Below are positions 11,915-22,691 of a stretch of 64,000 nucleotides of DNA, piece by piece. Position numbers and translations under genes: made by a program. The DNA lies in contig CAWGKG010000022.1 in the NCBI GenBank assembly GCA_963823035.1, positions 1 through 64,000 of the forward strand, given 5' to 3'. A model generated the notes under the pieces. It saw only the letters and a program-made list of their open reading frames with translations, was not told the origin of the DNA and ran no database searches. The DNA is from an uncultured Gemmatimonadales bacterium. GTDB taxonomy: Bacteria > Gemmatimonadota > Gemmatimonadetes > Longimicrobiales > Gaopeijiaceae. Numbering within the stretch: the stretch's first letter is position 1; each line of letters opens with the position of its first letter.

Positions 11915-13944
11915 GGTTCCTCGTCGGGAGTGAGCGCGCTCGCGGGCTCCGAAGCCGGCAGGGCGGAGAGGATGCGCACGCCGAAGAACAGCGACAGGGC
12001 GGCCACCGGCAGCAGCCAGAGCGGCGGCGGCGCGTCCGGGTCGGCGAACATCTCGCGCAGGGACGGCACGGAAGCCAGGAGCACGATGGTTCCGTTGTTC
12101 AGGAGGTGCATCAGCGCTCCGGTCCAGATCGACCGGCTGCGCAGCACCGCCCACGCGATGACGATACCCAGCCAGGCCGTCGGAAGGAACCGTATGGCCG
12201 TCTCGAACGAGAGATGGAACGCGCCGAACACCACGCCGTTGAGCACCACCACGCGCCACGTCGCGAGGCGACGCGTGCCGCCGAGAAGCACCCCGCGGAA
12301 GACGATCTCCTCGCAGAGCGCGGGCGTGACGGCAAGCAGAAGGAGCAGCCAGGCGAGCCGGCCCGGTGTCTGGGCGGTCACGAGCTGCTCGAGCCCCTTC
12401 AACACCTCCCAGGGGATCGGGAGGACGAACGTCTGAAGCCAGCCGAGGAGCCACGCCACCGGAACGGCCCCGACCACCAGGAGGAGGGCGGCGCCGACCG
12501 CGGCGGGCGCCGGCCTCCGCAGCGACAGCGTGCGCCGCAGGTCGTAGCCTCCGACGCGGAGGAAGAGGATCGCCGGCACGAACAGCAGCATCCACTCGGC
12601 GGCCAGCAGCCCCCGCTCGCCGAGGCGGAGCTGGAGGGTGACGCCGAACCAGAAGAAGAGCACCGCCACGCCGGCCACGAAGAAGACCGCCGTCTCGGGC
12701 GCCGGCACGCGCCCCGCGGTGGCCCGGCCGCGGAGCCGCTCGAGCCACCCTCCTCCTGCGTCGTCGGGTTCCTCGCCACCCCCGAAGAGCACGTCCTCGC
12801 TGCCGAAGGTGCGCGCCGCGAAGAGGAGCGCGAGGGCGGCGTACAGCGCGCTGGAGCCGAGCACGAGGGCCCCGGTGGCGAGATGGGCGTCTCCGGTCAT
12901 GAGGTCGCGGAAGAAGAACGACACGCCGGCGACGGGAACCACCGCGAGGAGGGGGGAGAAGTCGATCCCCGGGAACATCGGCAGCATGGCGGGGACGAGC
13001 ACGACCATGTAGACCGGGGTGAGGGTGTTCTGCGCCTCCTTGAAGGAGGAGGCGCGCACGGCCAGGCCCAGGAAGAGCGCGCCGAAGAGCACGGCCAGCG
13101 GGATCAGCGTCAGGAAGATCAGCGCGACCGAGCGGAGCGGGAGGGACACCTCCAGACCCAGCGCGCTCGTGAGCTGGAGCATCCCGGTCTGGAAGGTGAG
13201 CAGCATGCTGCCGAGGTTGAGCGCCGCGGCCACCACGGCGATGAGCGCGACGGTCACGAACTTCCCCACCACCACGGCCCGCGGCGGGACCGGCGCCGTG
13301 AGCAGCGTCTCGAGCGTGCCTCGCTCCTTCTCTCCGGCGGCGAGGTCGATCGCCGGGTAGAAGGCGCCCAGCAGCGTGATCACCACCAGGAGGAGCGGGA
13401 GGATGCGCCCCATCGCGTAGCCGCCCACCTCCGCCGGTCGGGCAACCGACGAGTCGACGACCTCGATGGGGCGGGCGAAGCCAGGCGCCAGGCCGCGCGC
13501 CTCGAGACGACGCGCGAGCAGCGTGTCGCGCCACGCGTTCAGCACGCCCACCAACTCGCGGCGGCCGCGTTGGGAGCGGTCCGAGGCGGCGTCGTAGAAG
13601 ACGGTGACCGGGCGCGAGCCGCCGGCGCCCTCCTCGCCGAGCTGGGCCACCGCGGTCACGGAGTCGGAGCGCAGCGCCCCGACGATGTCCTCCCCCACCG
13701 GCACGCGCCTCAGCTCCCGCGCCGCGTCGAGGAGCCCGAGGAGCTCCTCGGGCGCGTCGCCCACCACGGCCACGGGGGCGGCCTGCTCCTCGAGGCGCCG
13801 CTGGCCGAAGAGGAGGATCTGCTCGCTCACCACCAGAAGCACCGGGTAGAGCAGCACCGGCACGACGATCATCATGAGGAGGGTGCGCCGGTCGCGCAGC
13901 GTCTCACGCAGCTCCTTGCGGAACACCACCCACCACGGGCTCAA
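11911..13944 (-). CDS. natB: NatB-like ABC-2 permease fused to CPBP intramembrane protease
   Basis: KELRETLRDRRT, AGEKERGTLETLL, C-terminal EEIVFRG / FGAFH / H..NN; TTG start overlaps the natA stop. Confidence 0.85.
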   Translation of the reverse strand: MSPWWVVFRKELRETLRDRRTLLMMIVVPVLLYPVLLVVSEQILLFGQRRLEEQAAPVAVVGDAPEELLGLLDAARELRRVPVGEDIVGALRSDSVTAVAQLGEEGAGGSRPVTVFYDAASDRSQRGRRELVGVLNAWRDTLLARRLEARGLAPGFARPIEVVDSSVARPAEVGGYAMGRILPLLLVVITLLGAFYPAIDLAAGEKERGTLETLLTAPVPPRAVVVGKFVTVALIAVVAAALNLGSMLLTFQTGMLQLTSALGLEVSLPLRSVALIFLTLIPLAVLFGALFLGLAVRASSFKEAQNTLTPVYMVVLVPAMLPMFPGIDFSPLLAVVPVAGVSFFFRDLMTGDAHLATGALVLGSSALYAALALLFAARTFGSEDVLFGGGEEPDDAGGGWLERLRGRATAGRVPAPETAVFFVAGVAVLFFWFGVTLQLRLGERGLLAAEWMLLFVPAILFLRVGGYDLRRTLSLRRPAPAAVGAALLLVVGAVPVAWLLGWLQTFVLPIPWEVLKGLEQLVTAQTPGRLAWLLLLLAVTPALCEEIVFRGVLLGGTRRLATWRVVVLNGVVFGAFHLSFETAIRFLPTAWLGIVIAWAVLRSRSIWTGALMHLLNNGTIVLLASVPSLREMFADPDAPPPLWLLPVAALSLFFGVRILSALPASEPASALTPDEEP

Positions 13945-14678
13945 GCGCCGACTCCCGGCGCCGCATCCGACACCAGCTCCAGGAAGGCGCGCGACAGGTT
14001 GGGCGCGCCGGTGCGCGCCAGCAGCTCCTCCGTCGTCCCTTCGGCGACGAGCTCGCCGCGCCTCAGCACGCCCACACGGTCCGCGAGCAGCTCCACCTCC
14101 TGGAGCTGGTGCGTGGAGAAGAGCACGGCCTTTCCGCGGGCCCGCTCCCGGTCGATGAAGGCGTAGATCGTCTGCCCGCTCAGCACGTCGAGCCCGAGCG
14201 TCGGCTCGTCGAGGATGAGCGCCGCAGGGTCGTGGACCAGTGCGCGAGCGAGGGAGACCCGCTGACGCTGGCCCGTGGAGAGGCGGCCGCACAGGCGGCC
14301 GGCGAACTCCTCGATGCCGAAGAGCCGGATCAGCTCCTCCACGCGCCCGTCCAGCGCGGCGCCCTCCATCCCGTGCAGGTGTCCGAAGTACTCGATCAGC
14401 TCGCGCGCGCTCAGCCGCTCGTAGAGCCCCATGGAGGCCGCGAGGAAGGCGATGCGCCGGCGCACCTCGAGCGGCTCGCGCACCACGTCCGCACCGCCCA
14501 CCGAGGCCGAGCCCTCCGTGGGGGCGAGGAGGGTGGCCAGGCAGCGCAGGGCCGTCGTCTTCCCCGCCCCGTTCGGGCCCAGGAGGGCGTACACCTCCCC
14601 CGCACGCACCTCGAGCGTGAGGTCGCGGACGGCCGTGAGGGTCCCGTAGCGCTTGGTGAGTCGGTGGAAGCGGATCAT
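13941..14678 (-). CDS. natA: NatA-like ABC transporter ATP-binding protein
   Basis: GPNGAGKTT, LSTGQRQR, LILDEPTLGLD, STH. Confidence 0.88.
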   Translation of the reverse strand: MIRFHRLTKRYGTLTAVRDLTLEVRAGEVYALLGPNGAGKTTALRCLATLLAPTEGSASVGGADVVREPLEVRRRIAFLAASMGLYERLSARELIEYFGHLHGMEGAALDGRVEELIRLFGIEEFAGRLCGRLSTGQRQRVSLARALVHDPAALILDEPTLGLDVLSGQTIYAFIDRERARGKAVLFSTHQLQEVELLADRVGVLRRGELVAEGTTEELLARTGAPNLSRAFLELVSDAAPGVGA

Positions 14679-15002
14679 GGCTCCGCTTCCCCGGTGTTCC
14701 TCATGGTGTTGTGGCGCAATGGGTTGCGTCCGATTCCGACAGGGTGACGGAGTGCCCCGTCACGCCCACCGTCACAGTTGTTCGCCCCAGAATCCGTTGG
14801 GCTCGAGAAGTCCGCCGAGGTTCACGTCCACCACGCGACGGAAGGTAACTTCGCCCCAGTGCGCGCGCTCGGCGTCCATGATCCGGCGGCTCCGGCAAGG
14901 ACCGACCGAAGCCGAGTTGTGTTTGCCTGGCGTTGCGCAAGCCAAGCGAAATGGCTGAATCGTTGGCTAACGTTTGTCCTAGCCAACCTCGTTTGGGCAG
15001 CC

Positions 15003-15569
15003 ATGGACCCCGGGAGATTTCGCCCTCGAGGGAGCCGGGGGTGGCAGGTCGGGCACCTCGGCTTCGGTCTCGCGCTCGGATACCGGGCCCGGACCGATCA
15101 GCTCGCCCACGTCGGCTCCACCGTCCGGAGCTGGACGACCGGGTTCGGCCTCGCCGCGGTGCTCCGGCCGAGCGCCCGCCTGCAGCTCTCCCCGGCGGTC
15201 GCCAACACCTGGTACGGAGCCGGCGGGGGCATCCCCGATCCCCTGAAGATGGGCAAGGCGTTCGGCCGCTACGTGGCGCCGGAGCTGGCCGTGGACGCGT
15301 CGGACGCGGGCGTCCGCGCCGCCGGACTGACCGCGCTCTGGTCCGTTCGCGACGGGACGGGCGTCTGGGGGAGCGTGCGCTACCTGTCGCTTTCGCCGTC
15401 CGGCGAGGCGGTCTCCCTCCCGTTCCAGCCCGAGGGGACGCGCAGTCGATGGACCGCGGAGGTCGGGATGACCGTGCACCCGCCGACGACTCCGCCGCGG
15501 CAACAGGGCGCAATCTCGTGGTTGGACCGCTGGGAAGCGGATCATGGCTCCAGAGGGCCGGGTAGGTAG
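15003..15569 (+). CDS. Probable outer-membrane beta-strand protein, apparently 5'-truncated
   Basis: Amphipathic strands (GFGLALGYR, VWGSVRY, WTAEVG) but no signal peptide; the upstream part of ORF 14778 has atypical composition. Confidence 0.4.
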   Translation: MDPGRFRPRGSRGWQVGHLGFGLALGYRARTDQLAHVGSTVRSWTTGFGLAAVLRPSARLQLSPAVANTWYGAGGGIPDPLKMGKAFGRYVAPELAVDASDAGVRAAGLTALWSVRDGTGVWGSVRYLSLSPSGEAVSLPFQPEGTRSRWTAEVGMTVHPPTTPPRQQGAISWLDRWEADHGSRGPGR

Positions 15570-15597
15570 GGACGCTACGGGGAGCCCGCCTCCACGG

Positions 15598-15627
15598 GCA
15601 ACCGTGCACCCCGTACGAGGCATCCAA
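15598..15627 (+). promoter_or_regulatory. Candidate ECF-sigma autoregulatory promoter GCAAC-N18-CATCCAA
   Basis: AAC-containing -35-like box and TC-containing -10-like box about 30 nt before the sigma ATG. Confidence 0.4.
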
Positions 15628-15657
15628 ACCCTGAGAACCGAGAACACCCCGAGGGGC

Positions 15658-16219
15658 ATGACGGAAAGCCAGGTCATCCGACAAGCGGCGGAGGGCGACG
15701 CCCGCGCGATCCGGACTTTGTACGACCGGTACGCGCCAAGGGTGTTCGCGGTGGTGCGCCGCATCGCCGGGGACGACGAGCTGGCACAGGACTACGCGCA
15801 GGAGGCGTGGATCCGCGCCATGCGTGCGCTGCCGTCCGTTCAGGGGGGACTCGCGGTTCTCGACCTGGCTGCACCGCATCGCGGTCAACGCGGCGCTGCA
15901 GGCGCTGCGCCGCACCGAGACGCGGCGCAAGCGGGAAGGGCCCTTCCCCGCCGAGGTCCCGGTGGGTCCGCGCGGGGGGGACACGCTGCTCCAGCGAAGG
16001 CTCGAGCGGGCGATGGACGCACTTCCGGAAGGGATGCGTCGCGTGTTGATCCTCCACGACGTGGAGGGCTACACGCATGAGGAGATCGGTGACGCGATCG
16101 GCGTCACGGCGGGAACGTCGAAGTCACAGCTGTTCAAGGCCCGCGCGAAGATGCGCGAGATGTTGTCGGCTCTGGACGGCGCCACGGAAGAATCTGGAGT
16201 GGAAGCATGGGGCATCTGA
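15658..16219 (+). CDS. ECF sigma factor 1 (frameshift near 15835)
   Basis: AQDYAQEAWIRA, FRGDSRFSTWLHRIAVN, LHDVEGYTHEEIG..GTSKSQLFKAR. Confidence 0.9.
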
Positions 16220-16887
16220 ACCCCGAGTCCCTGGCCCGGCTGGTGGACGAGGCTCCCCAGCCGGAAGAGTCGGAGCACCTGGCGACCTGCCTGGCGTGCT
16301 CCACCGAGGTCGAGGCGCTGAGGGCCCAGACACGGGCGCTCGGCTCCCTCCCCGAGATCCGTCCCCCCCTGGGGGACTGGGAGGTTCTCGAGGCCCGGCT
16401 GCGGTCGGAGGGGCTCATCGAGGCTCCAGGACTGCTGTCGCGGCTCACGCTGGCCCAGACGCCCCCCTGGATGCGCGCCGCGGCGGCCGCTGCGCTCTTC
16501 TTCGGAGGCACGCTGGCCGGGGCGAGCGTGGCCTCGAACGGCGGCCCGGTGGTCGGGGCGCCCGGCGGCGTGGAGGACCCCGCCGTCTTCGCGCACGCCG
16601 CCAACCTGGACGATGCTGCCTCGGCGGTACGTGTGGCCGAGCAGGGATACGTGAACGCCCTGGCCCGTTACAGGCAGCTCATGGAGGAGGACGGTGGCGG
16701 CGACGAGGCGACGATCGGTGACCCCCGCAGCCGCTACGCCGCGCTCGAGGTGCTGCTGGCGGCCAGCCAGGCCGCCGTGCGCCAGGCGCCGGCCGACCCC
16801 TTCCTGAACGGCCTGCTGGCGTCCACGCTGGCCGAGCGCGAAGCCACGCTGCGGCGTATCTCGACCCGTAGCGGGAACTGGTTCTGA
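16207..16887 (+). CDS. Putative anti-sigma factor (zinc-binding ZAS motif plus transmembrane helix)
   Basis: HLATCLAC (HxxxCxxC), transmembrane WMRAAAAAALFFGG; overlaps the sigma gene. Confidence 0.8.
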   Translation: MGHLNPESLARLVDEAPQPEESEHLATCLACSTEVEALRAQTRALGSLPEIRPPLGDWEVLEARLRSEGLIEAPGLLSRLTLAQTPPWMRAAAAAALFFGGTLAGASVASNGGPVVGAPGGVEDPAVFAHAANLDDAASAVRVAEQGYVNALARYRQLMEEDGGGDEATIGDPRSRYAALEVLLAASQAAVRQAPADPFLNGLLASTLAEREATLRRISTRSGNWF

Positions 16888-16889
16888 GC

Positions 16890-18141
16890 ATGCGCGCCAC
16901 GGCCCCTCGCCTCGCCCTCATCGCGGCGCTCGCGTTCGTCTCCACCCCGGCGGCGGCACAGGTCCTCACCCGTGTCGCGCCGAATCGTGGGTGGGTGGGC
17001 GTCTCGGTGACGATCCAGACGACGCAGGACGAAAGCGGGGTCCATACGTCCGTCACGATCACGGACGTGAGCGGCGGCAGCCCCGCGGATCGTGCCGGCA
17101 TCCGCGCGGGGGACCGGCTGCTCTCGGTCAACGGGCAGGCGTCGTTTCCCCGGGACCTGCACCCCGGCGACACGGTGCGCGTCGTGGTCGAGCGCGAGGG
17201 CCGCCAGCATGCGGTGACGCTCGCTGCCGCGCCGCGCCCGGTCGAGGTGATCGACGTGCCCACGCTGACGGTGACGTTCCGCGACGACTCCATGGCCGAC
17301 CGGATGTACCTGGCGATGGACTCGGTGCGTGCGCGGCTGCCGTCCGGCGCGCGGACGCGGGTCGTGGCGGTCCGGGATCTCACGCCCTTCCGCTCCTTCG
17401 ACGAGACGACGCCGGAGGTGTGGACGCCCGAGGAGGTCCGCCCGCCGTTCGGGTTCTACATCTTCCGGGGTGAGGCGCACGATTCGCTCAGCCACGCGAT
17501 GGAGGAGCTCAACCAGGACATCCGGCGGGCCCGCTCGCAGCAGACGGAGAGGGTCCGTGAGCTCGCGCGGGACCTGCGGGGCGACGAGACGCGCATCGAC
17601 CGCCACGACCCCGAGCTCCAGCGTCTGGAGCGGACCGTGACCGACCTCGACCGCCGGGCGGCCGAGCTGCGCGACGCCATGGTGCGCGTCGCGCGCCGCC
17701 GCCCCGCCGGTGCCGCGTACGTCGGCGCGTTCAGCCCGCGGACGGGGAGCGCGGAGCTGCCGCCGTCGGACCGGGAGCCGGCCTTCCGGCCGCTGGACCT
17801 CTACCTCCTCGGGCAGAACCGCGCCGCGGGCGCCGAGGTGGTGGACCTGCGTCCCGAGCTCGCCGAGTACTTCCATGTGGACGGGGGCGTGCTCGTGGTC
17901 GACGTGCCGGAGGGCACGCCGGCCGCCTGGCCCTGGCCGGGATCCAGCCGGGCGACGTGCTCACGCACGTCGGCGGCGTGCCGGTGCTCTCGATCCAGGA
18001 GCTGCGCAAGGGGCGCTCAGTTGCTGCTGCCGCGCGTCCGAGATCCCGGCATCACGAGGCGTGGATCCGGCAAGGGCGACGCGAGGATCCAGGCTGCCGC
18101 AGGCCGGTGCATCGCGCTGAAGCCGGTATCTGCGGCACTAG
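16890..18141 (+). CDS. Secreted double-PDZ protein with central coiled coil (3' end frameshifted, approximate)
   Basis: Signal peptide; GWVGV..GSPADRAGIRAGDRLLSVNG; second PDZ GVLVVDVPEGTPA..GIQPGDVLTHVGG. Confidence 0.75.
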
Positions 18142-18157
18142 ACCCGACCCGAACGAC

Positions 18158-18196
18158 GAGGGGGCGGGGCCGTCACGCAGACGGCCCCGCCCCCTC
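18158..18196. terminator. Perfect 17-bp hairpin between convergent operons
   Basis: GAGGGGGCGGGGCCGTC-acgca-GACGGCCCCGCCCCCTC. Confidence 0.75.
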
Positions 18197-18214
18197 TTGC
18201 CAGGTCCCTCGGGT

Positions 18215-19825
18215 TCACCCGCCGTATCGCTGCACCCGCTCGAACTCAGCGATCGCGTTCACGTGGTTGATCACGGCCTGAAGCTCGGAAAGACGTGCGG
18301 TCGTGAGCTGGTTCTGGGACTGCACCACTTCGAAGTTCGTGGCCGCCCCGACCGCCAATCGCTGCAGCTCGCCCTGGAAGCTGCGCTCGGCCGCCTCACG
18401 CGCGCGCCGGGCCGCCTGGAGCTGCAGGTAGGCGTTGCGCACGGCGTAGCCGGCGTTGGTCACCTGCGTGATGATGGTGAGCTCCTGGCTCTTCAGCGCC
18501 AGGTCGGTCTGCTGAAGCTGCAACCTGGCACGCTCCAGATCGTTCTTGTTCGGGTTCGACCCGATGGGATACGAGCCGTTCAGCGTCACGCTCCACGTAG
18601 GCGTCTGGAAGTTCCCGATCGACTGGAGCCCGTCCCAGTAGGTGCCCTCCTGCACGAGCTGCGCGGTGCCACCGATGCCGTCGCGGCTGTAGAGGTTGCC
18701 GCCGACGCCCTGCAGGGAATAGCCGGCCGAAAGCGTCAGGTCGGGGAGGGCATTGGACTTGGTCACGTCGAGGCCCACCTGCGAGATGTCGCGCTGACGC
18801 CGCTCCTGGCGAATGTCCGTGCGCTCCCGCAGCGCCAGGTCGATCGCCGCGGGCAGGTCGACCTGGTGCTCCGTGTCGGTCGGCTGGTCGGTCGGGTTGA
18901 TGGTCTCCAGGAGCAGCTCGTCCTCCGGGCCGCTCACCAGGAGGCTCTTGAACGAAAGCTCCTGGTTGTGCCACTGCACCTGGGCGTTGAGCAGCGCCTG
19001 CTCGGCGCTGGCCACCTGGGCCTCGGCCTGCAGCATCTGGATCTCGGTCATGCGGCCGAGCCGGACCTGCAGGCTGTCCTGCCGAAGTAGCTCGTGCGCC
19101 TGCGCCAGGTTGCGCCGCTGGATCTCCACCAGCTCGATCGTGGCGCGTAGGCCCCAGTACGACGACCGCACGCGGTTCGTGATGTTCGCGACCTGGCTGC
19201 GCACCTGGAGATCCGTGATCTGCCCCTGGATCTCCTGCGTCTGCAGCGCGGCGCGCTGGTTGTCGATCTTGAGCCCCGCGAGGAGCGGCTGCGAGTAGTT
19301 CAGGCTGAACGTCGAGTTGTAGCTCGGGTTCCGCGTGGAGAAGGCGCTGTTCGTCGCGGTGCGCCGGTTGTTGAAGTTCGCGTTCAGCCGTCCGCCCATG
19401 AACGTCATGGGCTTGGCCAGGGACATGTTGAACGTCTGCGTCTCGTTCGTGACCTGCGTCACCCCGGCGCCCGCGTCGAGCTGGCTGGTGGACTGGCTCC
19501 TCTGGTTGTTGTAGCCCACCGTCGTGCTGAACGTCGGCGTGAAGGCGGCCTGCGCCGACAGCAGCGAATACCGCTGGATCCTGGGCGCCAGGTTCACCGT
19601 CTGGATGTCGAGGTTCGACTGGAGGGCGCGCGCGATCGCGTCTTCCAGGGACATCGGCACGATCGGCGTTCCGTCCTCCACCGGCGGGAGCGCCTCCCCC
19701 ACGATGTAGGGCTCGAGCCCCGGCGTCGTGTCGCGCACCTGCTGCCCCGCGAGAATCCCCGGGACCGCCAGCGCGAGCGCCAACGCCCCGATCCGTGCAC
19801 CCCTCATATGATTGACCATTGTCAC
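18215..19825 (-). CDS. TolC-family outer-membrane efflux protein
   Basis: MSLEDAIARALQSNLDI, YSQPLL, duplicated helical repeats, GAATNFEVVQSQ. Confidence 0.9.
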   Translation of the reverse strand: MTMVNHMRGARIGALALALAVPGILAGQQVRDTTPGLEPYIVGEALPPVEDGTPIVPMSLEDAIARALQSNLDIQTVNLAPRIQRYSLLSAQAAFTPTFSTTVGYNNQRSQSTSQLDAGAGVTQVTNETQTFNMSLAKPMTFMGGRLNANFNNRRTATNSAFSTRNPSYNSTFSLNYSQPLLAGLKIDNQRAALQTQEIQGQITDLQVRSQVANITNRVRSSYWGLRATIELVEIQRRNLAQAHELLRQDSLQVRLGRMTEIQMLQAEAQVASAEQALLNAQVQWHNQELSFKSLLVSGPEDELLLETINPTDQPTDTEHQVDLPAAIDLALRERTDIRQERRQRDISQVGLDVTKSNALPDLTLSAGYSLQGVGGNLYSRDGIGGTAQLVQEGTYWDGLQSIGNFQTPTWSVTLNGSYPIGSNPNKNDLERARLQLQQTDLALKSQELTIITQVTNAGYAVRNAYLQLQAARRAREAAERSFQGELQRLAVGAATNFEVVQSQNQLTTARLSELQAVINHVNAIAEFERVQRYGG

Positions 19826-19927
19826 GTCACCTGTTCGTCCCTGAATGCACCCGTCGACCCCGGTCGACGGGGGTCGCGCTGGCAGGAAGCTTCTGAAGAA
19901 CCACGGCTGAACGGCGGAAGACGGCGC

Positions 19928-21142
19928 CTACTCGTAACGCAGCGCCACGATGGGATCGAGCTTCGCGGCACGCTGTGCCGGCCAGATCCCGAAGAAGAGG
20001 CCGACCCCGGCCGAGAAGGCGAGCGCCATCACGATCGCGCCGCCCGACACGGCCGTGTCCCACTGCTGCAGGTGCGTGAGGAGCGCGGCGCCCCCGATGC
20101 CCGCCCCGACACCCAGGATGCCCCCGAGGACGCAAAGGAAGAGCGACTCGATCAGGAACTGGAAGAGGATCGCGCGCCTGGTCGCGCCCAGCGCCTTGCG
20201 CACCCCGATCTCACGCGTCCGCTCCGTGACGCTCACGAGCATGATGTTCATGATGCCGATGCCGCCGACCAGGAGACTGATCCCGGCAATGCCGGCGAGC
20301 AGCATCGTGAACGTCTGCGTCGTGGAGTTGAACGTCTCGAGGAGGTCGGCCGAGTTCCGGACGTTGAAGTCCGCCTCCGCGCCGGGGCGGATGCGGTGCT
20401 CCCGCCGCAGGATCCGGTCGATCTCGACGTACGCTTGATCGAGCTGCTCCGTGGTAGCCGTCGCAGCGTAGATCGCGTTGATGCGGCGCCGGCCGCCGAA
20501 CACCCGGTACTGCGCGGTGGACGTCGGGATGAAGATCTGGTCGTCCGGCCGCATGAAGGCGGCGTCGCCCTTCTCCTTCAGCACGCCCACCACTTCGACC
20601 GGAACGCCCCGCACCTGGATCGTCTGGCCGATCATCCCGGCCGGGGGCTGCTCGCCCAGCGTGGTCGGGATGTTGTAGCCGAGCACGGCCACCCGGCGGC
20701 GGCCCTGCAGCTCACCCTCGTTGAAGAAGCGGCCGGCCTCGAGCTCGAGGTTGTAGATGTCGAAGTACTCCGGCCATACGCCCAGGATCTGGGTGTTGGA
20801 GTTCCAGCGGGAGTACGTCACCTGCTGGCGCGACGAGAGCTCCGGGGAGATGCGCAGGAGGCCGTTGCTCCCACTGCGCAGCGCCTCCGCGTCGTCGACG
20901 GACATCTCCGTGTCGCCGCGGGAGATCCCGCCCCACATCTGCTGGCCGGGGCGGATCGTGAGGACCGTGGTCCCGATCCGCTGGATCTGGTCCGCGACGC
21001 GCTGCTGCGCGCCCTCGCCCAGGGCGACCATGGCGATCACGGCGGCCACGCCGATGATGATGCCGAGCGTGGTCAGGACGGATCGGAGCACGTTCGCCCG
21101 CACGGCCGTCATGGCCACCATGATGATCTCGAAGATGAGCAT
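19928..21142 (-). CDS. MacB-like ABC permease
   Basis: RSVLTTLGIIIGVAAVI, VGGIGIMNIMLVSVTERTREIGVRKALGA, PIVALRYE. Confidence 0.93.
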   Translation of the reverse strand: MLIFEIIMVAMTAVRANVLRSVLTTLGIIIGVAAVIAMVALGEGAQQRVADQIQRIGTTVLTIRPGQQMWGGISRGDTEMSVDDAEALRSGSNGLLRISPELSSRQQVTYSRWNSNTQILGVWPEYFDIYNLELEAGRFFNEGELQGRRRVAVLGYNIPTTLGEQPPAGMIGQTIQVRGVPVEVVGVLKEKGDAAFMRPDDQIFIPTSTAQYRVFGGRRRINAIYAATATTEQLDQAYVEIDRILRREHRIRPGAEADFNVRNSADLLETFNSTTQTFTMLLAGIAGISLLVGGIGIMNIMLVSVTERTREIGVRKALGATRRAILFQFLIESLFLCVLGGILGVGAGIGGAALLTHLQQWDTAVSGGAIVMALAFSAGVGLFFGIWPAQRAAKLDPIVALRYE

Positions 21143-21152
21143 CGGTCGATTC

Positions 21153-22691
21153 CTACCGCCGGCCCGGACCGCCGCCGCCCCCGAACGGGCTGCCGCCCAT
21201 CCGGTCGCGCATGCGGTTCAAGAACTCCTGCTGCTGTGCCTGGAGCTGGGCGGCGCTCACCAACACGAGCGTCTCGTTCCCCTCCAGCCCGCTCACCACC
21301 TGGCTGTTGTCCCAATCGTTCAGGCCGATCTGTACGACCTTCGGTGTGGGTACCGAGTCGGGCCCGAGCACGAACACCACGGCCGCGTGCGACGTACGCG
21401 CCGGCGCGCCCCCCTCCGCATCCGCCCCGGCGCCCCAAGCACCGGCTTCGCGCATGGAGCGCAGCAGCACGCGCATCGAGTCCTGGCTGATCTCGCCGCG
21501 CTCGACGCGTGCCCGCAGGGAGTCGGCCTGCGGCCCCCCGAAGGGGCGGTCCGCCGTGGCACCCTGGGCACGGGCGATTCTCCCGGCCGCCGGAGCCGGA
21601 TCCGCCGTCCGCATCGCCTCCCCCTGCGCCGGCTGTCCCTGCGCCGCACCCTGCGCGCCACCAGCCGCGCCGGCCGGGCGGCTGCCGTTCCCGGCCGGAC
21701 GCCCGCTGCGCATGAACTGCGCCAGCGCCGGCGACTCGACGTTGAGGCCCAGCGCCAGCGCGGCGGGACCCACGTCCTGCATGCGCACGACCGCGTTGTT
21801 CGGCACCAGCAGCACGTCCGCCGCGCGGTCGACGAGGATCTCGACCTCCGCGTTCATCCCGGGCTTGAGAAGGCTGGCGCGGTTGTCGAGGCTCACGATG
21901 ACCGGGAACATCGTCACGTTCTGCTGGACCTCGGCCTGCGGCTCGATCTTCTCCACCAGGCCGCTGAAGGTCCGGTCAGGGAACGCCTCGACCTTGACGG
22001 TCGCCTGGAGCCCGGACTTGATCTGGCCCATGTCGGTCTCGTCGACGAGCGTCCGCACCTGCATCGAGTCGAGGTTTGCCATCGTGAACAGCGTCGTGCC
22101 GCCCGAGACGTTGCCGGACGCGGACTGGATGACCTGCCCTTCCTCGACCGTCTTCGAGATCACGGTCCCCTTCATGGGCGCCCGGATCGTGACGTCGCTG
22201 AGCTGGAGCTGCGCCAGCTCCTGGTTCGTCTTGGCCTTGACCTGGCTGGCCAGGGCGTTGGCGTAGTCCAGGCGCGCCGACTCGAACTCCTGTTGCGTGA
22301 TGACACCCCCCGCCAGGAGCTCCCTCGAGCGGTCGAGCTGCGCCTTGCTGATCTCGGTGCGCGCGTTCGCCACCTCGAGGTCGGCCTGGGCCTGCTCGAA
22401 GCGGTTGCGCACGTCGCGCGGGTCCACCTCGGCGAGCAGCGCGCCGGAGGAGACCTCGTCGCCCACGTCCACGTGCAGCCTCAGGATCTCGCCGGACGCC
22501 TTCGACTTCACTTCCACGGTCCGCACCGGCTCGACCGTCCCGGTCGCTTCGGCCGTGATCGTCAGGTCGCCCCGCGTCACCGCTGTCGTTGCCATCTTGG
22601 AGGAATCCTCGGCGGCCTGCCCGGTCTTGCATGCGGCCAGGGCCAGCGCGGCCCATGCGCCGCCGAGCAATCTCAGGGTTCTCTTATTCAT
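21153..22691 (-). CDS. MacA-like periplasmic adaptor subunit
   Basis: [37 protein letters not shown]-rich insertion. Confidence 0.9.
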   Translation of the reverse strand: MNKRTLRLLGGAWAALALAACKTGQAAEDSSKMATTAVTRGDLTITAEATGTVEPVRTVEVKSKASGEILRLHVDVGDEVSSGALLAEVDPRDVRNRFEQAQADLEVANARTEISKAQLDRSRELLAGGVITQQEFESARLDYANALASQVKAKTNQELAQLQLSDVTIRAPMKGTVISKTVEEGQVIQSASGNVSGGTTLFTMANLDSMQVRTLVDETDMGQIKSGLQATVKVEAFPDRTFSGLVEKIEPQAEVQQNVTMFPVIVSLDNRASLLKPGMNAEVEILVDRAADVLLVPNNAVVRMQDVGPAALALGLNVESPALAQFMRSGRPAGNGSRPAGAAGGAQGAAQGQPAQGEAMRTADPAPAAGRIARAQGATADRPFGGPQADSLRARVERGEISQDSMRVLLRSMREAGAWGAGADAEGGAPARTSHAAVVFVLGPDSVPTPKVVQIGLNDWDNSQVVSGLEGNETLVLVSAAQLQAQQQEFLNRMRDRMGGSPFGGGGGPGRR

